Under the pieces are notes generated by a model. It did no database searches. It was not told the DNA's origin and saw nothing but the letters and a program-made list of their open reading frames with translations. The position numbers and the translations under genes are program-made. A stretch of DNA of 36,535 nt from the sequence record DRR723986_1300; one strand, written 5' to 3'. This document shows, piece by piece, positions 32,230 through 36,535 of the stretch (position 1 is its first letter; each line of letters starts with the position of its first letter).

Positions 32230-33582
32230 ATGAACAACACAATTGAATACCGCTTGCGTGCCGGCCGCAAACTCGCAGGCGCGCTACTGGCCCTGGTCCT
32301 CTGGGCCCCGCTGCCGGCGTCGGCCATCGACCTGGCCGAGGCCATCGCCGCCGCCCAGGCCAACGATCCCTGGCTGTCCGGCAGCCGGGCGAGGGAGGAG
32401 GCACTGCTGGCGCGCGGCGTCGCGGCCGGCAGCCTGCCGGATCCCATGGTCAGCCTCGGCCTCGCCAACCTGCCGACAGATACCTTCGATTTTGACCAGG
32501 AGCCGATGACCCAGTTCAAGGTCGGCGTGTCGCAGGTGTTCCCCCGCGGCGACAGCCGCAGCCTGGTGGAACGCCAGTACCAGCTGTGGGGCGAGGAACA
32601 TCCGCACCAGCGCGCCGACCGGCGGGCCCGGGTGGCGCTGAGTGTGACAAGCCTTTGGCTGGAGGCCTACCGCGCGCAGGCGAGCATCGCCCTGATCGAG
32701 CGTGACCGCAGCCTGTTCGAGCAACTGGTGGCAGTGGCGGAAGCCAACTACACCTCGGCCCTGGGGCGCACCCGGCAGCAGGATCTGATCCGCGCGCAAC
32801 TGGAGCTGACCCGTCTGGACGAGCGCCTCAGCAAACTACGGGAAGACCTGGAGACCAGCAGCGCCCGGCTGGGCGAGTGGCTGCTGTCCACGGACCCGGC
32901 GGGTGCCACGTTCGGCCCGCTGACGGCCGGTGGGTTTGCGCTGGCAAGCGAGCCTGCGATCGCGCCTCGACTCCCGGCGCTGCTTGAGCCTCAGGGCGAT
33001 GTTTCCCTGAACCGGCTGGGCGAACTGCTGCGCCGGCACCCGTCGGTGCTGGCTCAGGAAAGCCGGATAGCAGCAACCGCGGCGGGGATCGACATTGCCG
33101 AGCAGGACTATCGTCCCCAGTGGCGACTGGACGCCAGTTATGGCTACCGCGATGACGACCCGCTGGCCGGGCGTCGTGCCGACTTCTTCTCGCTGGGGGT
33201 GGCCTTCGACCTGCCCCTGTGGACGGAGAAACGCCAGGACCAGGGTGTGCGTTCTGCCACCGCCGCGACCGAGGCCATGCGCACCGAGCGGTCCTTGCTG
33301 CTGCGCCGTCTGCTGGCCAGCTTTGAGACCGAGCGTGCGCGCCTGGTCCGGCTGGACGAGCGCCAGGGCCTGTACCGCGACCGCCTGCTGAAAGAGATGA
33401 GCGACCAGGCCGAGGCAGCCCTGACCGCCTACACCAATGACGATGGCGATTTCTCGGAAGTAGTTAGGGCCCGCATCGCCGAGTTGAACGCCAATATCGA
33501 TGTGCTGGGAATCGACGTGCAGCGCATGGCCACAATCAGCCAGCTTAACTACCTGTTGGCCGGGGAGGATACCTCGCTATGA
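32230..33582 (+). CDS. cusC: TolC-family outer membrane factor of heavy-metal RND efflux
   Basis: Signal peptide, LPDPMVSLGLANLP..FDFDQEPMTQ, FSLGVAFDLPLW; position in the operon. Start ATG 32230. Confidence 0.85.
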   Translation: MNNTIEYRLRAGRKLAGALLALVLWAPLPASAIDLAEAIAAAQANDPWLSGSRAREEALLARGVAAGSLPDPMVSLGLANLPTDTFDFDQEPMTQFKVGVSQVFPRGDSRSLVERQYQLWGEEHPHQRADRRARVALSVTSLWLEAYRAQASIALIERDRSLFEQLVAVAEANYTSALGRTRQQDLIRAQLELTRLDERLSKLREDLETSSARLGEWLLSTDPAGATFGPLTAGGFALASEPAIAPRLPALLEPQGDVSLNRLGELLRRHPSVLAQESRIAATAAGIDIAEQDYRPQWRLDASYGYRDDDPLAGRRADFFSLGVAFDLPLWTEKRQDQGVRSATAATEAMRTERSLLLRRLLASFETERARLVRLDERQGLYRDRLLKEMSDQAEAALTAYTNDDGDFSEVVRARIAELNANIDVLGIDVQRMATISQLNYLLAGEDTSL

Positions 33583-34829
33583 ACAAGACACTGAGCAAAA
33601 TGTTGTTGGTGAGTATTGGCCTGCTGCTGGGCATCGCCGGCACCGCGAGCTGGTTGTCCGGGACCCATCACAGTCGTGATGGAACCGCTGACGCGCCGGC
33701 CGAACGCGAGCCGCTGTACTGGGTAGCGCCCATGGACCCGGACTACCGTCGCGACGGCCCGGGCAAATCGCCCATGGGCATGGACCTGGTACCGGTGTAC
33801 GCGGATGAGGCCAGGGAAGACGCCAGAAAAGACGCCGCCGGTACCGTGTCGATCGCGCCGGAGGTGGTCAACAGCCTGGGCGTGCGCAGTGCGCCGGTGC
33901 GCCGGGAGAGCCTGGACAGTGAGATTCGCACGGTGGGTCACCTGCGCTACGACGAGGAGGGGCTGGTGCATATCCACCCGCGGGTCGAAGGCTGGATAGA
34001 AGCGCTATACGTGCAGGCCGCGGGTGATCCGGTGGTCAAGGACCAGCCGCTGTACGAGCTTTACTCGCCGCAGCTGGTGGCGGCCCAGGAGGAACTGGTG
34101 CTGGCCTTGCGGCGTGACAGTTCGACCCTGGTGCGGGCGGCGGAAGACCGCCTGCGCGCGCTGCAGTTGGCGCCGGACGTGATCGAGGCCATTAAGCGTG
34201 ATCGGCAGGTGCGCCAGACGGTGCTGTTTCGCGCGCCGCAGGACGGGGTGCTGGATAACCTGAACATCCGCAAGGGTTTCTTCGTTGGGCCCGAGACCAC
34301 CCTGATGTCGATCGGCTCGCTGGATGAAATCTGGGTGGAAGCGGAAGTGTTTGAACGCCAGGCCGCGCGGGTTGCGGTTGGGCAGCCGGTGGTCATGACC
34401 CTGGATTTCCTGCCCGGACGGCGCTGGACCGGCGAGGTTAACTACATCTATCCCTCACTTGATGAGACTACCCGCACCCTGCGTCTTCGCCTGCGCTTCC
34501 CCAATCCGGAGCGCGAGCTTCGACCCAATATGTTTGCCCAGGTGGTAATCCGCACGGGCGATGGTGAACCCGCGCTGGTGGTACCGCGGGAGGCGGTAAT
34601 CCGGGTAGCCCACCAGGACCGGGTGGTACTGGACCTCGGCGATGGGCGCTACCGCTCCACGCCGGTGCGGCTCGGCCGGCTGGGAGAAAGCCGCTACGAG
34701 ATCGTGGCCGGGCTGGAGGCGGGCGACCGGGTAGTGACCTCGGCCCAGTTCCTGCTCGACTCGGAATCGAATCGCCAGGCGGAACTGCAGCGCATGGGCG
34801 ATGCGCCTGAGCAGGAGTCATCACCGTGA
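33579..34829 (+). CDS. cusB: CusB-family periplasmic adaptor with heavy-metal-binding motif
   Basis: [71 protein letters not shown] overlap. Confidence 0.93.
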   Translation: MNKTLSKMLLVSIGLLLGIAGTASWLSGTHHSRDGTADAPAEREPLYWVAPMDPDYRRDGPGKSPMGMDLVPVYADEAREDARKDAAGTVSIAPEVVNSLGVRSAPVRRESLDSEIRTVGHLRYDEEGLVHIHPRVEGWIEALYVQAAGDPVVKDQPLYELYSPQLVAAQEELVLALRRDSSTLVRAAEDRLRALQLAPDVIEAIKRDRQVRQTVLFRAPQDGVLDNLNIRKGFFVGPETTLMSIGSLDEIWVEAEVFERQAARVAVGQPVVMTLDFLPGRRWTGEVNYIYPSLDETTRTLRLRLRFPNPERELRPNMFAQVVIRTGDGEPALVVPREAVIRVAHQDRVVLDLGDGRYRSTPVRLGRLGESRYEIVAGLEAGDRVVTSAQFLLDSESNRQAELQRMGDAPEQESSP

Positions 34830-36535
34830 TTGAAGCCATCATTCGCTGGTCGGTGGGCAACCGCATCCTGGTCCTGCTGGCCACGTTGGTACTGGTGGGG
34901 GTGGGCCTGTTCGCGGTGCGCCACACGCCGGTAGACGCGATACCCGATCTCTCCGATGTGCAGGTGATCATCAAGACCGATTACCCCGGGCAGGCGCCAC
35001 AGGTGGTTGAAGACCAGGTTACCTATCCCCTGACCACCGCCATGCTGTCGGTTCCGGGCGCGGTGACCGTGCGCGGCTTCTCCTTCTTTGGTGACTCCTA
35101 TGTGTACGTCATCTTCGACGAGGACACCGACCTGTACTGGGCCCGCAGCCGGGTGCTGGAATACCTGAGCCAGGTAGCGCCCTCCCTGCCGGCCACTGCG
35201 CGGCCGCAGCTGGGGCCGGATGCCACAGGGGTCGGCTGGGTCTATATCTACGCCCTGGTGGACCGCACCGGCGGCCACGACCTGGGCGAGCTGCGCAGCC
35301 TGCAGGACTGGTTCCTCAAGTACGAACTGCAGTCGGTGCCCGGGGTCTCCGAGGTCGCTTCCGTGGGCGGCATGGTGCGCCAGTACCAGGTGCGGGTGCA
35401 CCCGGACCGACTGCGCGCCTACGGCATTCCGCTGGAGCACATCGCCAACGCGATCCGCCGCGCCAACCAGGAGGTGGGGGCATCTGTGGTGGAGATGGCG
35501 GAGGCGGAGTACATGGTGCGTGCTTCCGGCTACCTGACCGGGGAGAGCGATCTCGCCCATGTGCCCCTGGGGATCAATGCCAACGGCACGCCGCTGCTGC
35601 TGGGCGATGTGGCGGACATTGGCCGCGGGCCGCAGATGCGCCGTGGCGTGGCCGAACTCAATGGCGAGGGTGAGGCCGTGGGCGGGATCGTGGTGATGCG
35701 CTACGGTGAGAACGCCCTGCAAACCATCGACGGGGTGAAGGCCCGGCTTGCTGAACTGCGCGCCAGCCTGCCCGACGGGGTGGAGATCCTTACCGTTTAC
35801 GATCGCTCGGGCCTGATCGAAGAAGCGATCAGCAACCTGTGGCGCAAGCTGGGCGGGGAACTGTTACTCGTGGCCCTGATCTGTACGATGTTCCTCTTCC
35901 ACCTGCGATCCTCACTGGTGGCGGTGGTCACCCTGCCTATCGGCGTACTCGCCGCGTTTGCGGTGATGTACTTCCAGGGGCTCAACGCCAACATCATGTC
36001 GCTGGGTGGTATTGCCATTGCCATCGGGGCAATGATCGACGGCGCCATCGTGCTGATTGAGAACATGCACAAGCACCTCGAGCGTGCGCCGCCGGGTAAG
36101 GTTGATCGCTGGGCGATTGTCACCGAAGCGGTGGTGGAAGTCGGGCCGGCCCTGTTCTTCAGCCTGCTGATCATTACCGTGAGCTTTGTGCCGGTGTTTG
36201 CACTCGAGGCGCAGGAAGGGCGCATGTTTTCGCCGCTGGCCTTCACCAAGACCTACGCCATGGCCGCAGCCGCGGCGCTGTCGATCACTCTGGTGCCAGT
36301 GTTGATGGGGTACTTCATCACCGGCCGTATCCGTAGTGAGAACAGCAACCCGGTGAACCGGGTGCTGACCGCCGCTTACCGCCCCGCGCTGCGGGCGGTA
36401 TTGGCCCACCCCGGGCTCACCCTGGCGGCAGCGCTGCTGGTGCTGCTGAGCAGCCTGTGGCCCCTGTCGCGGATCGGCAGCGAGTTCATCCCGCCGCTGG
36501 ACGAGGGCGACCTGATGTACATGCCCACCACCTAC
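34826..36535 (+). CDS. cusA: CusA-family Cu(I)/Ag(I) RND efflux pump (3'-truncated; absent from the ORF track)
   Basis: GTGA overlap; translates [13 protein letters not shown]...[38 protein letters not shown]...[20 protein letters not shown]...[20 protein letters not shown] and stays open to the window end. Confidence 0.96.
   Translation, partial: MIEAIIRWSVGNRILVLLATLVLVGVGLFAVRHTPVDAIPDLSDVQVIIKTDYPGQAPQVVEDQVTYPLTTAMLSVPGAVTVRGFSFFGDSYVYVIFDEDTDLYWARSRVLEYLSQVAPSLPATARPQLGPDATGVGWVYIYALVDRTGGHDLGELRSLQDWFLKYELQSVPGVSEVASVGGMVRQYQVRVHPDRLRAYGIPLEHIANAIRRANQEVGASVVEMAEAEYMVRASGYLTGESDLAHVPLGINANGTPLLLGDVADIGRGPQMRRGVAELNGEGEAVGGIVVMRYGENALQTIDGVKARLAELRASLPDGVEILTVYDRSGLIEEAISNLWRKLGGELLLVALICTMFLFHLRSSLVAVVTLPIGVLAAFAVMYFQGLNANIMSLGGIAIAIGAMIDGAIVLIENMHKHLERAPPGKVDRWAIVTEAVVEVGPALFFSLLIITVSFVPVFALEAQEGRMFSPLAFTKTYAMAAAAALSITLVPVLMGYFITGRIRSENSNPVNRVLTAAYRPALRAVLAHPGLTLAAALLVLLSSLWPLSRIGSEFIPPLDEGDLMYMPTTY

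Noticed and set aside
34826-36535. Possible pseudogene, because cusA is missing from the ORF track
   Set aside because: The frame reads open to the window edge; it is missing only because the stop codon lies outside the window.
1-36535. CRISPR arrays, IS elements/integrases, tRNA or rRNA genes
   Set aside because: No regularly spaced repeats, transposase or integrase motifs, or structural RNA signatures were seen by eye.

Overview
GC-rich proteobacterial window; gene content suggests a marine gammaproteobacterium of the Halieaceae/OM60 type (inference). It has three parts. (1) About 1-23.2 kb is a large amine/polyamine utilization locus: agmatine deiminase, two class-III aminotransferases, a TonB-dependent receptor (TBDR) with an AspH-type hydroxylase, a beta-propeller, an S8 protease and a TPR-sulfotransferase, a BetI-like TetR regulator, and a long catabolic operon (two PYROXD2/COG1233 flavoproteins, a GcvT-like folate protein, a PuuA-like glutamylase, two Rieske oxygenases, a PuuB-like oxidase, an aminotransferase and an MFS transporter). 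A 20-bp palindrome is shared upstream of the TBDR and of the catabolic operon, which suggests one regulon. (2) About 23.5-31.5 kb is mixed: a cytochrome c, a repeat-rich surface protein with a CTERM-type sorting tail, a third COG1233 flavoprotein, a PepSY-TM protein and a DUF1214/sulfotransferase pair. (3) From 31.6 kb to the end is a copper efflux operon (leader ORF-cusC-cusB-cusA, truncated) with a textbook CueR promoter. The leader ORF's LFRP codons are perfectly complementary to the cusC Shine-Dalgarno (SD) region, suggesting a ribosome-arrest switch. No rRNA, tRNA, CRISPR array or mobile element was seen. All family calls are by motif recognition; no searches were run.
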